In this document: in pieces, positions 37,377 to 48,354 of the stretch | Position numbering within the stretch: position 1 is the stretch's first letter | Layout: every line of letters starts with the position of its first letter | From: Promethearchaeota archaeon | GTDB taxonomy: Archaea > Asgardarchaeota > Lokiarchaeia > Sigyniarchaeales > SOKP01 | Direction: 5' to 3' | Length of the DNA stretch: 64,000 bases | Assembly: GCA_048938855.1 (NCBI GenBank) | Contig: JBHLLT010000009.1 | Location: 32,001-96,000 of the forward strand | Position numbers and translations under genes: made by a program | The notes under the pieces: model-generated | Told to the model about the DNA's origin: nothing | The model's input: only the letters and a program-made list of their open reading frames with translations | Database searches by the model: none

Positions 37377-40253
37377 ATGTCATTATCTCAGAAACGAAAT
37401 GAAATCTATTATTACAATCAACCAATAGAGGAAATTGTAAAAGATTTAAATACAAATATAGAGGTTGGATTAAATTCCTCTGAATTAGATGAACGCTATC
37501 AAAAATCGGGCTTTAATGAATTACCAAAAATTAAAAAGTCTATTTGGAGAATATATCTTGCCCCAATTTTTAATTTTTTAATAATGATCCTTCTGATTGC
37601 AAGTATTATAATTGTAATATTAGGATCTCCAGGAGAAACTCTTATTACGTTCACAGTCGTAATAATTAACTCAGTTACAGCAATAGTTCAACAATATCGT
37701 GCTCAGAAAGCCCTAGAGTCTTTAAGAGAAATATCCGCTTTAAAAACAACTGTTCTACGAGATGGAAAACGGATTGAAATAAAGACGAAAGATATTGTTC
37801 CTGGAGATATTGTTATTTTAAATCAAGGAGATAAAATACCTGCAGACGGTAGAATATGTGAATTCACAAATTTTACTGTTGATGAAGCTCCTCTCACTGG
37901 AGAAAGTGAACCTGTTGAAAAAAATAGTTTTATTTTAGATAGTATAAATATTCCTCTTCAGAATCAATCGAATATGGCATTTATGGGAACATATGTACGA
38001 ACGGGAAGAGCAAAAGAATTAGTTACTAGAACAGGTATTAATACAGAAATTGGAAAAATTTCCCAAACTCTAAACGAGATGGGAAGTATTGAAGATATTC
38101 CATTAACTAGAAAATTAAATCATTTAGGACATATCCTTGGAATCCTTGTAATTATAAATCTTTTCATTTTGTTAGGATCGAAACTTGTAATACTAGCCAT
38201 TCAGGGAAATCTTATTCAAAATTTTGTTATTGAGGCAATTACGGATTCAGTAATAAGATCAATGAACATTGTTCCTATAAATCTACCTTTACTATCAACT
38301 TTAGTTCTTATCACTGGTGTTTTAACAATGGCTCAAAGTGGTGTAATTATCAAGAACTTGTCCGCAATTGAATCTCTTGGAAGAGTTTCGGTAATTTGTT
38401 CAGATAAAACAGGTACAATTACCAAAAATGAAATGACCGTAGAAAATTTTTGGATAAATGAACAAGAATATGAGGTAACCGGATCTGGATATAATGCAGA
38501 TGGTCAAATCTTTAAAGATCATACTCCAATAAATTTAAACTCTAATAGTACATTCATAAAATTTCTTAATTCTATTGTTATAAATAATACTGCTACTTTA
38601 GAATTTGAAGATGTTAAAGTTAAGTTAAAGGAGGTTAAAGAGAAGGCAATAAGAAGAGCATTAGGCTCACCTACGGAAGCAGCATTACTAGTCTTAACTG
38701 AAAAAGCTAAGATATATCCTTATGACATTGAAAAGCAATTTACTAAGATTGATGAATTTTCATTTAGTTCAGAAGAAAAACTAATGACAACGCTAGCTAA
38801 AAATTTAAGAAATAATGATGAAATATTTGCATTTTCGAAAGGTGCTCCAGAAAAAATACTTTCACTATCCTCCCAAATTGAAATTGATGGAGAATTGAAA
38901 GATTTTGATTATGGTTATAAAAACATAATTCTTGATCTTATCAATAAACGTGCAGAACAAGGATTTAGAACTTTAGGAATTGCTTATAGAATTTTAGGTA
39001 AAATTAATGGATTAAAAAGAGAAGAAATTGAGAAAAACTTAATTTTCCTAGGTTTTGTATCTATTATGGATCCTCCACGTCCAGATGTTAAAAAAGCTGT
39101 TGAAGAGTGCCAAGCAGGAGGTATAAAAGTAATTATGATAACTGGAGATCATCCAGCAACAGCAAAAACCATTGCCTCACAAATGGGCATTTTTAGAGAA
39201 GGTGATTTTGTAGCTACTGGCAACCAAATCGAAAATCTACCTATGAAAGATTTTAATAAAACAACAGTATTTGCTCGAGTTGAACCTAATGATAAAGAAA
39301 TAATAGTTAAAAATTATCAGAACCAGAATTATATTTGTGCTATGACTGGAGATGGTATCAATGATGCTCCTGCTCTTAAATTAGCTAACGCGGGGATTGC
39401 TATGGGAATTACAGGAACCGATTTAGCTAAAGAAACTTCTGATATGGTAATTACAGATGACAATTTCTCTTCTATTAAACAGGGGGTCAAAACAGGAAGA
39501 GGAATCTTTGCCAAAATAAGAACTATTATTTTCTTCTTTATATGTATTAACATTGTAGAAGGGATAATATTTTTTACTTTCGAACTAATAAAGCCTTTCA
39601 TAGGATTCGCACTTTTTGCATCAAACTGGCAGCATATCTATATATTTGGAATTGTTCATTCCCTTCCCTCATTAGCTTTAGTAATTGATACTCATCCAAA
39701 AGATATAATGAATGAACCACCTAGAGATGAAGAACAATTATTAAACAAGAATATGTGGATCATGCTATTAGTCCAGGCTTTTCTAATTGGTTTAGGTTTA
39801 ATTCTCGCCTTACAATTAACATTAAACGGATTAATTCCTTTAAATGAATGGAATTTAAATCCAATTTTAAGTTATATTCCATCATCCATTCCTTTAGATC
39901 TTGTAGCTCAAAAAGCAAGAACAATGTTTATTACTACAATATTCATTGTTGAGACTAATTTCATATGGACATTTAGAAGACCTAATAAATCTATGTACAA
40001 AAGTTTCAAAGAAGAACTTAGCTATTCATTATTAGTAGTATGTTTATTTACTTTGGCATTACATGTTTTATATATTTTGTTCTCCTATACCGTTAATCAT
40101 TATGTAAATGATGTATTTGGTTGGCATCTAAATATTAATTTCATGTTTCTTAGTGGAACAGATTGGCTAATTTGTATTTTACTAGCATTACCGGGATTTA
40201 TTGGAGTTGAAATTTTTAAATATTTTGCCCGAGAGAGAAATATTCATTTTTAG
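37377..40253 (+). CDS. P-type ATPase, P2-like scaffold with atypical transport site
   Basis: TGES, CSDKTGT, KGAPE, DPPR, MITGD, TGDGINDAPAL; M4 VPINLP. Confidence 0.95.
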   Translation: MSLSQKRNEIYYYNQPIEEIVKDLNTNIEVGLNSSELDERYQKSGFNELPKIKKSIWRIYLAPIFNFLIMILLIASIIIVILGSPGETLITFTVVIINSVTAIVQQYRAQKALESLREISALKTTVLRDGKRIEIKTKDIVPGDIVILNQGDKIPADGRICEFTNFTVDEAPLTGESEPVEKNSFILDSINIPLQNQSNMAFMGTYVRTGRAKELVTRTGINTEIGKISQTLNEMGSIEDIPLTRKLNHLGHILGILVIINLFILLGSKLVILAIQGNLIQNFVIEAITDSVIRSMNIVPINLPLLSTLVLITGVLTMAQSGVIIKNLSAIESLGRVSVICSDKTGTITKNEMTVENFWINEQEYEVTGSGYNADGQIFKDHTPINLNSNSTFIKFLNSIVINNTATLEFEDVKVKLKEVKEKAIRRALGSPTEAALLVLTEKAKIYPYDIEKQFTKIDEFSFSSEEKLMTTLAKNLRNNDEIFAFSKGAPEKILSLSSQIEIDGELKDFDYGYKNIILDLINKRAEQGFRTLGIAYRILGKINGLKREEIEKNLIFLGFVSIMDPPRPDVKKAVEECQAGGIKVIMITGDHPATAKTIASQMGIFREGDFVATGNQIENLPMKDFNKTTVFARVEPNDKEIIVKNYQNQNYICAMTGDGINDAPALKLANAGIAMGITGTDLAKETSDMVITDDNFSSIKQGVKTGRGIFAKIRTIIFFFICINIVEGIIFFTFELIKPFIGFALFASNWQHIYIFGIVHSLPSLALVIDTHPKDIMNEPPRDEEQLLNKNMWIMLLVQAFLIGLGLILALQLTLNGLIPLNEWNLNPILSYIPSSIPLDLVAQKARTMFITTIFIVETNFIWTFRRPNKSMYKSFKEELSYSLLVVCLFTLALHVLYILFSYTVNHYVNDVFGWHLNINFMFLSGTDWLICILLALPGFIGVEIFKYFARERNIHF

Positions 40254-40370
40254 ATTTCTCTTAAATCTTTAATTTTTTAAATCATGATTATTATAGGTTA
40301 TTTATTATATTGATTAGATATTTTTAGTCAATTTTTTTTTAATCACACAAAAAATTGTGGATGAGCCACT

Positions 40371-43262
40371 ATGGAATCAACACAGAAAAATTATTATAAT
40401 CTCGAATTAGGACAAATCTATAAAGAACTTGAGACTGACCCTGAAGAGGGATTGAGTGAAAAGGAAGTTAAAATACGGCAAGAAAAATATGGTTATAATG
40501 AGATCCCTAAAGTATCTAAAGGTTTTGTTAAAATATATTTGGCTCCGCTGTTTAACTGGCTGATCGTGATATATTTGATTGGTGCTGTTATTTTGTTTTT
40601 AGCAGCTGTCTTCGGAGGACAGGGATCTCTAATGTTTATTGGTTTAACATTAGGGATAGTTTTTCTAAATTGTCTAGTCGCCATTGTTCAACAATATAGA
40701 GCAACAAAGAAGCTTAAAGCTTTACGCGAATTAACAGCACCTACATCAACTATTATTAGAGATAGTCAAAAACAAGAGATCCCCACTAGAGAAATCGTAA
40801 GTGGAGATTTATTAGTTTTAAATCAAGGGGATAAAATTCCCGCTGACTCTCGTATAATTGAATCATATAATATGGTAGTGAATGAAGCTTCGTTAACAGG
40901 TGAGTCTGAACCAGTAAGAAAATTAGAAAAGGGTGATGCTTTACAAAAGAAAGATATTTCTATTGGAGAACGAAGTAATATGGTGTTTTATGGAACCTTT
41001 ATAAGTCAAGGGAATGGTAAAGCAATTGCTGTAAAAATTGGTGGTGATACCGAAATTGGAAAAATTTCTCATGGTTTAGAAGAGGCGGGTACAAGTGAGA
41101 TTCCAATACGTCAGAAAATGAATCATTTTGGAAAATGGTTAGGATTGACTATTTTAGTTTTTTGGTTTATAACATTAATAATTTTATGGGTAGCAAGAGG
41201 ATCTGCTGATATTGTAGGAAGTATGAATTCTGCCCTAGATCTAATGCCTCTTAACATTCCGTTATTATCAACTATTATTTTGATTACAGGGGTTTTAGCT
41301 ATGGCACGGTATGGTGTTATTATACGAAATCTTGCTTCTGTTGATAGTTTAGGACGAGTAAGTGTGGTTTGTTCCGATAAAACCGGTACATTAACCAAAA
41401 ACCAGATGTCAATACAACATGTCTGGACAAATGGTTCTATTTTTAGAGTAACTGGAAGCGGTTATACTCCCGAAGGGGATATAATTCTTATGGATAACCC
41501 CAAAAACCCCACATATATTAAACATATCGATGAATATCAATACTTGAAGTTATTATTAACTGCGGGTTTTCTGAACAATAATTCAGCATTAATAAAAAAT
41601 GAATTAGAGGTTGGGGGTAAAATAATTCCAAAATGGGATGTTATTGGTTCTCCTACAGAAGGAGCTCTAATGGTTTTATTTCAAAAAGGTATGGGTGATT
41701 ACCTTCTCGATGATTTTGAAGCAATTACAGAATACCCTTTTGATTCAACAGTTAAGAGAATGACCAAATTATACAAACGAGGACTTGAATATTATTCGTT
41801 TACTAAAGGTGCTAGTGAAATTCTGATTCCACTTTGTACAAAAATAATTTATAATGATGCTGAAATCGAATTCAGTCAGGAAATTAAAAATAAGGTAATG
41901 GAAATTGTAAATATTTATGCTAATCAGGGCTATCGAATATTAAGCCTTTGTTATAAAGTAATGGATATAGTACCACCTGAAGGAGATGAGGGAAGAAAAT
42001 TAAGTGAATCTGATATGGTATACATTGGTTTTGTAACCATTCTTGACCCACCAAGAGAAGGAGTTAAAGATTCAGTGAAGGAATGCCATGAAGCTGGAGT
42101 AGACGTTGTAATGATCACAGGAGATTCTCCTGCTACTGCCCGTGCAATTGCTTCTCAAATTGATATTATAACTGATGAGAATGAAACAGCTAAAGAGGGT
42201 AGAATGGTAAAAGATATTGAAAGTTTTAAAGAATTTAATTCAATTAAAGTATTTGCGAGAGTCTCGCCAGAACATAAAGAGGATATTGTGGAAAAATATC
42301 AAGAAGAAAGAAAAGTGGTTGCCATGACGGGAGATGGAGTAAACGATGCTTTAGCGCTAAATATGGCTGATGTTGGAATTGCTATGGGTATAACGGGTAC
42401 TGATGTAGCTAAAGAAGCCTCTGATATGGTTATTTCTGACGATTCTTTTAACTCAATTGTTACAGGTATTCATCAAGGAAGAGGAATATTTGCTAGAATC
42501 CGTGCTATGGTTTTCTTTTATATTTGTATAAATATTTTTGAAGGTTTAGTGCAATTCATTTTGTTTGTAATATTGGAATTACCTTATTTCCTAACTACAG
42601 AATTTTACCTTCAATGGATATTTCTCACTATAACAGTTCATACATTTCCGGGATTAATCCTTACTTTTGACACTACCTCTAAAGATGTAATGAAAGAAAA
42701 ACCACGAGATTCTGAAGAAATACTCTCAAAAAATACATTCATTCTAATGTTTGTATTTGGTGTTTTGATGTCTGTGAGCATGGTATTGGTTTATTTTATA
42801 ATCTTTAGTGGGTTATATCCAGTTTTTCCTGAAAACTTAGTTCCTGGATACCTCTATTATGATGGTAGTTTACTACCAACAGAAATTAATGGAGTACCAG
42901 TAACTCTACAACAGATTCAAGTTATTGGCAAAACTTTAACAATGTTGATGTGTACACTCTTTATCTGTGAATCTACTCTTGTATTTCAGATAAGACGGCC
43001 AAATAAATCATTAATTAAGAGTCTAATTGAAGATAGAAATAAATTTATGTTTATCCTTATCGGTCTAGTGTTTTTCATCTTTATTGCAGTTTTATATATA
43101 CCTGGTGTTCAAATTTTCTTAGCACAAGAAATAGGCATAAATTTTATGTTTATGTATTTAACTGGATTTGATTGGTTAGTGTGTTTCTTAATTTCTTTAA
43201 TCTGTATTGCGGGTTTTGAGATTGTCAAATTTATTGCTCGTAAGATGGATATCAAATTTTAA
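40371..43262 (+). CDS. P-type ATPase, P2-like scaffold with atypical transport site (tandem paralogue)
   Basis: TGES, CSDKTGT, KGASE, DPPR, MITGD, TGDGVNDALAL; M4 MPLNIP. Confidence 0.95.
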   Translation: MESTQKNYYNLELGQIYKELETDPEEGLSEKEVKIRQEKYGYNEIPKVSKGFVKIYLAPLFNWLIVIYLIGAVILFLAAVFGGQGSLMFIGLTLGIVFLNCLVAIVQQYRATKKLKALRELTAPTSTIIRDSQKQEIPTREIVSGDLLVLNQGDKIPADSRIIESYNMVVNEASLTGESEPVRKLEKGDALQKKDISIGERSNMVFYGTFISQGNGKAIAVKIGGDTEIGKISHGLEEAGTSEIPIRQKMNHFGKWLGLTILVFWFITLIILWVARGSADIVGSMNSALDLMPLNIPLLSTIILITGVLAMARYGVIIRNLASVDSLGRVSVVCSDKTGTLTKNQMSIQHVWTNGSIFRVTGSGYTPEGDIILMDNPKNPTYIKHIDEYQYLKLLLTAGFLNNNSALIKNELEVGGKIIPKWDVIGSPTEGALMVLFQKGMGDYLLDDFEAITEYPFDSTVKRMTKLYKRGLEYYSFTKGASEILIPLCTKIIYNDAEIEFSQEIKNKVMEIVNIYANQGYRILSLCYKVMDIVPPEGDEGRKLSESDMVYIGFVTILDPPREGVKDSVKECHEAGVDVVMITGDSPATARAIASQIDIITDENETAKEGRMVKDIESFKEFNSIKVFARVSPEHKEDIVEKYQEERKVVAMTGDGVNDALALNMADVGIAMGITGTDVAKEASDMVISDDSFNSIVTGIHQGRGIFARIRAMVFFYICINIFEGLVQFILFVILELPYFLTTEFYLQWIFLTITVHTFPGLILTFDTTSKDVMKEKPRDSEEILSKNTFILMFVFGVLMSVSMVLVYFIIFSGLYPVFPENLVPGYLYYDGSLLPTEINGVPVTLQQIQVIGKTLTMLMCTLFICESTLVFQIRRPNKSLIKSLIEDRNKFMFILIGLVFFIFIAVLYIPGVQIFLAQEIGINFMFMYLTGFDWLVCFLISLICIAGFEIVKFIARKMDIKF

Positions 43263-43341
43263 AATTCTCATAATTTATTTTCTTCTCTTAAATTTTGTAA
43301 TTATACATAATTTTTTATTTAAATATTAATTAACTCATTCT

Positions 43342-43890
43342 ATGTTAGAGGGTAAGAGAGTCAGACTAGGTCCTATTAAAAGAGAATACATAGATTCCTT
43401 TCTCAAATGGTTTAATGATCCTGAGATAACTCAATATCTAGCGGCCTATCTGCCAATGACTCGAATGGCTGAAGAAGCATGGATGGAGAATCTAAAAGAT
43501 CGCGATAATACAATTCGGTTCTCTATAGTACTTCCTCAAGAAGATGGATCCGAAAAACTAATTGGTAATTGTGGAATCCATAATATTGACTGGAAAAATC
43601 GAGTTGCTGAAGTAGGAATAGTTATCGGAGATAAAGAATATCAGAATAAAGGACTTGGAACTGAAGCAATGGAACTTTTGTTAGAATATGCTTTTAATAC
43701 TGTAAATTTACACAGAATCGAATTATTTACCTATGAATATAATATAGGCGCTCTAAAAAGTTATAATAAAGTTGGATTCGTTGAAGAGGGAAGAAGAAGG
43801 CAATTTATGTATTTTAAAGGGAAATATTATGATGCAATCTTGATGGGTATTTTAGCAGAAGAATGGAATGATAAAAAAAATAAGGATTAA
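43342..43890 (+). CDS. GNAT acetyltransferase, RimJ/RimL type
   Basis: LIGNCG, AEVGIVIG, YQNKGLGTEA, YNKVGFVEEG. Confidence 0.9.
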   Translation: MLEGKRVRLGPIKREYIDSFLKWFNDPEITQYLAAYLPMTRMAEEAWMENLKDRDNTIRFSIVLPQEDGSEKLIGNCGIHNIDWKNRVAEVGIVIGDKEYQNKGLGTEAMELLLEYAFNTVNLHRIELFTYEYNIGALKSYNKVGFVEEGRRRQFMYFKGKYYDAILMGILAEEWNDKKNKD

Positions 43891-43893
43891 TAT

Positions 43894-44940
43894 TTATTTA
43901 TCCAATTCTTTAAAATAGGGGATAATCTTATCTCGAAAGATTTCATAAACTTGATTAACATCAGGTCCTCGATTCATAAGTATCATTGATGTTGCCCCTG
44001 CTTCTTTATATTTTTCTATACTTGATATAACATCATCAGTAGAACCCAAACAATTGGTATCTTCGAGTACAGTCTCAGGAAGATTATCCACGCATGATAA
44101 TTGTTCATTAGCATCTTTTACTTGCATATCAAAATTATGAATTGTATAATCAGTTGGAAGACATAGGTCAGGATAAATTTGATTAGTTTTTGTTGGATTC
44201 AGTACATAAGTCGCTCTAAAAAACTCACAACGCTTAACAGCATTTCCTGGATTATCATCATCAATAGCTACAAAACAATTATAAGTATAATCAATTTCTT
44301 CTGGATTACGACCGGCATTTTTTGCAGCTTCAACGATTTCTCTCTTGTTTTCTCTAAAAGATTCTGGAGATTCTACAAAAGGATACCATCCATCACCTAA
44401 TTCTCCTGTCATTTTTCGTGTTTTGGTACCATTTGCAGCTATATATATGGGAGGTGTTTTTTGAATCGGCTTAACTTGGATATAAGCCCTATTAATATTA
44501 CCCCAAAAATCACTTTTTTTACTTACTTTACGTTTTGTCCAAAAATCTCTTAATAACTCAATATATTCTCTTAATTTTAATATAGATCTGTCGCGATTTA
44601 ATCCATACATATCAACATTCATTTTTTCACCAGCACCTAACCCTATCATCGCTCGTCCATTCGAGATTTGATCTAAAGTAGCTACCTTTTGAGCCATTAA
44701 TGCAGGATGAAACCGGTGAGGATCTGAAACACCTGTACATAACTTAGCGTTATTAGTGACCATCGCTATTGATGTGAGAAACATAAATGCGTCATAACAA
44801 GTTCCAGGTCCTGGAGGTAGCATTACAGTATGATCAGCATAAAAAACGTATTCAAAACCGCATTTCTCTGCCTTTTTAGCTCCATCATACATATAATCAA
44901 GCCGAGGAGTAGGAACTGGGATTGAAAATCCAAACTTCAT
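43894..44940 (-). CDS. LLM-class (luciferase-like, probably F420-dependent) oxidoreductase
   Basis: YADH, HPALMAQKVATLDQISNGR, LGAGE, PPIYIAA, GDGW; ATG 44940 preferred. Confidence 0.9.
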   Translation of the reverse strand: MKFGFSIPVPTPRLDYMYDGAKKAEKCGFEYVFYADHTVMLPPGPGTCYDAFMFLTSIAMVTNNAKLCTGVSDPHRFHPALMAQKVATLDQISNGRAMIGLGAGEKMNVDMYGLNRDRSILKLREYIELLRDFWTKRKVSKKSDFWGNINRAYIQVKPIQKTPPIYIAANGTKTRKMTGELGDGWYPFVESPESFRENKREIVEAAKNAGRNPEEIDYTYNCFVAIDDDNPGNAVKRCEFFRATYVLNPTKTNQIYPDLCLPTDYTIHNFDMQVKDANEQLSCVDNLPETVLEDTNCLGSTDDVISSIEKYKEAGATSMILMNRGPDVNQVYEIFRDKIIPYFKELDK

Positions 44941-45075
44941 AATAACAAAAATCATTTGAATCTTAAAAACTTCCATATTCTCCTTTAATTTCAGTTAGTT
45001 TACAAACTAAAAGAATAAGCTATAAATTATTTTTAGATGATATATTTTTAGAATTAAATTTTAGAAAGTGATTTT

Positions 45076-46206
45076 ATGGATATTAGTGATATAAAAATCG
45101 GTACGGAAGGGAGTTTTATCGGTCCATTTGAAAATGGAATTGCTCAAGTCAAGAGGATAGAAGAAAATGGGTACGATTCGGTATGGTTTGCAGACCATTT
45201 AATGGGCTGGACACCAGAAAGTATATGGACCCCGGATATTCTAAGAGCTGCTGAATTCATACATAGTCCACACATATTTCAAGAAGTTTATTCTGTTATG
45301 GCTGTAGCCGCTTGGAATACAAATATGATAAAATTAGGAACAAGTGTAACTGAAACATTTCGAAGACATCCTGCTGTTTTAGCGCAAACCCTATTAACTC
45401 AAGATCATATCTCCAAGGGCAGAGTTATATTGGGTATTGGAACAGGAGAAGGTGAAAATGTAATACCTTATGGGATTAAATGGGAGAATCCGGTTGGTAG
45501 ATTAGAAGAATCTATTAATGTTATTAAGTTATTATGGGAGAGCGATAAGAAAGTAAATTTTGATGGAAAATTCTGGAATTTAAAAAATGCGGTTCTTACT
45601 TTAAAACCGTTCAAAAAAGGAAAATATCCTCCAATTTGGATCGCTGCACATGGGCCCAAGATGCTTGATTTAACAGGAAGATTAGGGGATGGTTGGTTTC
45701 CTGCTTATTCTGATCCTGAATCATATAAATATAGACTAGACCAAATCAAAAAATCAGCTAAAAAAGCAAATAGAGATCCTGAGAAAATAGTTCCAGCACT
45801 TTTTAGTTATCTTTTAATTGATGAAGAACATAACGTTTGCGATGATATGCTTGAACACCCTGTAATAAAAAATCAATTCTTAACAATGCCTCCATCCATG
45901 TATAAAAAATATGATGCTATTCATCCTTTTGGAGAAGATTTTTATGGATTACTCGAATACATTCCCTCTGAATATGATAAAGAAACAATATTAGAAGCTA
46001 TAAACAAGATCCCTACAAAGATGTGCGATGATAATACTTTACATGGAACCCCTGATGAGGTTATTAGCAGAATTGAAGAATATGCTAAAGTGGGTTTAAA
46101 ACATATTGTAATTTATAATACAACATATTTAGCAGATATTACTAAAATAAAAAGTTCCTTTGGCTTAATGAAAAAAGTATTACAATATTTTCACGATGAG
46201 AAATAG
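45076..46206 (+). CDS. LLM-class (luciferase-like, probably F420-dependent) oxidoreductase
   Basis: WFADH, RRHPAVLAQ, LGIGTGEGEN, PPIWIAAHGPKML, GDGW. Confidence 0.9.
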   Translation: MDISDIKIGTEGSFIGPFENGIAQVKRIEENGYDSVWFADHLMGWTPESIWTPDILRAAEFIHSPHIFQEVYSVMAVAAWNTNMIKLGTSVTETFRRHPAVLAQTLLTQDHISKGRVILGIGTGEGENVIPYGIKWENPVGRLEESINVIKLLWESDKKVNFDGKFWNLKNAVLTLKPFKKGKYPPIWIAAHGPKMLDLTGRLGDGWFPAYSDPESYKYRLDQIKKSAKKANRDPEKIVPALFSYLLIDEEHNVCDDMLEHPVIKNQFLTMPPSMYKKYDAIHPFGEDFYGLLEYIPSEYDKETILEAINKIPTKMCDDNTLHGTPDEVISRIEEYAKVGLKHIVIYNTTYLADITKIKSSFGLMKKVLQYFHDEK

Positions 46207-46212
46207 AAAGGA

Positions 46213-47058
46213 TTGATGGATTTGTACATTGATTGTCATGCCCACCTATTTTTTAGCCCGATTCCTAAAGAAGCTATAGATAAAGATATTGAAGGTGAAA
46301 TACCAGAACCTACTATAGAATTTATAAATAGAATGATATCTAGTGCAAAAGAAAAAGAAGTAAGCCATATTGTTGGAGTTATTAGTAATCCAGATGATTT
46401 TCCAAGATATAAGGAACAGTTGGAGTTTGAAAATGTTGTTAATGTTATTGGAATCTCAAGAAATCATTCGCTTGAAAACCATTCTTTTCTAATTTCTCAA
46501 TTAAAAAAAGAAATTGAAAGAAAAATACCTCATGGAATAGGAGAGATTGGTTTAGATTATTCTTATGGTTTTGATAAGTTAAATGAGGACGAAAAGATTA
46601 ATATTAGGAAAAAGCAGCAGGAATTATTTAGAAGACAAATACAACTTGCTAAAGAAATTGATATACCAGTTGTTGTTCATGCGGGATATGGTACAGATAA
46701 AGATATTGTGAAAATCTTAAAACAAGAGAAAGCTCATAATATAGGAGGTCAAATACATGGATATATGTCTAAAGAGAATTTAGTTTCTGAACTCCTTGAA
46801 GAGGGTTACTATTTTTCTTTTGGCTATATCCATTCAAGAGAAGAGGAATTGAAAAGAATTATTGAAATAACTCCCCCAGAAAAGATGCTTATTGAAACTG
46901 ATTCTCCATATCATCTAATGGAATACCCTAAACGTTTTATTCTTCCAGAAAATGTAATTCTAATAACTAAAGAGATTGCTAAATTTAAGGAAATTAAAAC
47001 CCAAGACCTTGCTAATCAAGTTATGAAAAACTGTAGAGCACTTTTTAATTTCAATTGA
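46213..47058 (+). CDS. TatD-family hydrolase
   Basis: IDCHAH, IGEIGLDY, PVVVH, QIH, ETDSPY. Confidence 0.9.
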   Translation: MMDLYIDCHAHLFFSPIPKEAIDKDIEGEIPEPTIEFINRMISSAKEKEVSHIVGVISNPDDFPRYKEQLEFENVVNVIGISRNHSLENHSFLISQLKKEIERKIPHGIGEIGLDYSYGFDKLNEDEKINIRKKQQELFRRQIQLAKEIDIPVVVHAGYGTDKDIVKILKQEKAHNIGGQIHGYMSKENLVSELLEEGYYFSFGYIHSREEELKRIIEITPPEKMLIETDSPYHLMEYPKRFILPENVILITKEIAKFKEIKTQDLANQVMKNCRALFNFN

Positions 47059-47061
47059 AAT

Positions 47062-47394
47062 TTAGAAAATTTCAGTGTTTTGCAAAAACACATTTTTTAT
47101 CCTTCTCAACATTGATCCTTCAGCACCATAAGTTACTCCTAATAACCCATGTTTGCCTCCTGCAACAATAATATCAATTTGATATCGATTTTTATCAATA
47201 GGATCAATTATTATTGTTGCTGCTAAATTTGATTCAATTCTAAAGTAAAATCTTTCAGCGATTAGGATAATTGTCTTTCCCTCATTGGAGTTATATTGAT
47301 ATAAAGTATCAGTCTCTTGATTAATACCCATAATTATGTTATTTAAGTCCACTCGGTTAATTTTAAATCTATCACTTTCCATTTTTAAACTCAA
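47062..47394 (-). CDS. Small alpha/beta hypothetical protein (DUF6054-like)
   Basis: ERFYFRIESNLAATIII...IIVAGGKHGLLGVTYGAE. Confidence 0.6.
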   Translation of the reverse strand: MSLKMESDRFKINRVDLNNIIMGINQETDTLYQYNSNEGKTIILIAERFYFRIESNLAATIIIDPIDKNRYQIDIIVAGGKHGLLGVTYGAEGSMLRRIKNVFLQNTEIF

Positions 47395-47495
47395 TTTAAT
47401 TGTTTAAGCCCTTTGGTTAAAATATAATGTTTTGCAATTAAAAATTTAATGGTTGTTTGATAGGACAGATTCAGAATTAAATAATAAAAAAAAAT

Positions 47496-48266
47496 CTATT
47501 TAAATCCCTGACAGAAAGAATCTACATTTTTAGGTAATACTGAATGATTGTATCCTCCCTCCAGTAATGCATAACGTCTTCCTTTACATAATTTTTCTGA
47601 ATATTCCTTCATTAATTTGCCTAATTCTGTATAATCTTCTGGATATAAGAGATGACCCCAATCATCGATACCTTGATCAAATCCTGCGCTTGCTACAAAA
47701 ATATCAATCTCCCCTAAATTTTTCATATATGATTTAACTTCTTTAATATAACCAGTTCTGCCACTAGAATCAGGATTAAGAATTTTTACTTTGAAGTTAT
47801 CATTTCTATTTGTTAAAATGTTTATATTACCGTCACCCGTGTGAAGGTCAAAATCCAAGATAAACGCAGAATCAATTTTTTTTTCAGAATAGAGCTTTAA
47901 AAGACTGATACTAATATTATTGAAATAACAGAATCCCCAACAAGAATCAGCTGAAGCATGATGACCTGGAGGTCTTATTACAGCAAATGTAGGATTAGCT
48001 TTAAATCCTTCTTCAGCAGCCATTATTGCACCTCCAGCTGCTAATGAGGCTAATTCATATAGTAAAGAATTACTTTTTATATTTTGAAGGTGCCTTTTGG
48101 TGTGAGCTCTTAGAATATCCTCATCCGTTGCCGGATTAGGGGTAATAATTTCATATTCTTTTTTTTCTGAAATTACTTTCATAATACCTTCTAAACGTCC
48201 TACTGCCGCAGCTGGATCCCATGCATACTCAGAATTGTAATATTTCTCATGAAATACGATTTTCAT
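47496..48266 (-). CDS. Histone deacetylase-family (Zn-dependent) deacetylase
   Basis: RPPGHHA, GFCYFNN, DFDLHTGDG, SAGFD, LEGGY. Confidence 0.93.
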   Translation of the reverse strand: MKIVFHEKYYNSEYAWDPAAAVGRLEGIMKVISEKKEYEIITPNPATDEDILRAHTKRHLQNIKSNSLLYELASLAAGGAIMAAEEGFKANPTFAVIRPPGHHASADSCWGFCYFNNISISLLKLYSEKKIDSAFILDFDLHTGDGNINILTNRNDNFKVKILNPDSSGRTGYIKEVKSYMKNLGEIDIFVASAGFDQGIDDWGHLLYPEDYTELGKLMKEYSEKLCKGRRYALLEGGYNHSVLPKNVDSFCQGFK

Positions 48267-48354
48267 TGTTTTTTCACCATTATTTAATTACATTTAAAAA
48301 ACCATATGATGAATATTATTTTAATCATTTTAATAGATTTATTGACTCTTATCA

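Noticed and set aside
47496-48266. HDAC plus SET plus GNAT as a histone-code system
   Set aside because: The genes are unlinked, no histone gene is in the window, and these families act on many non-histone substrates in prokaryotes
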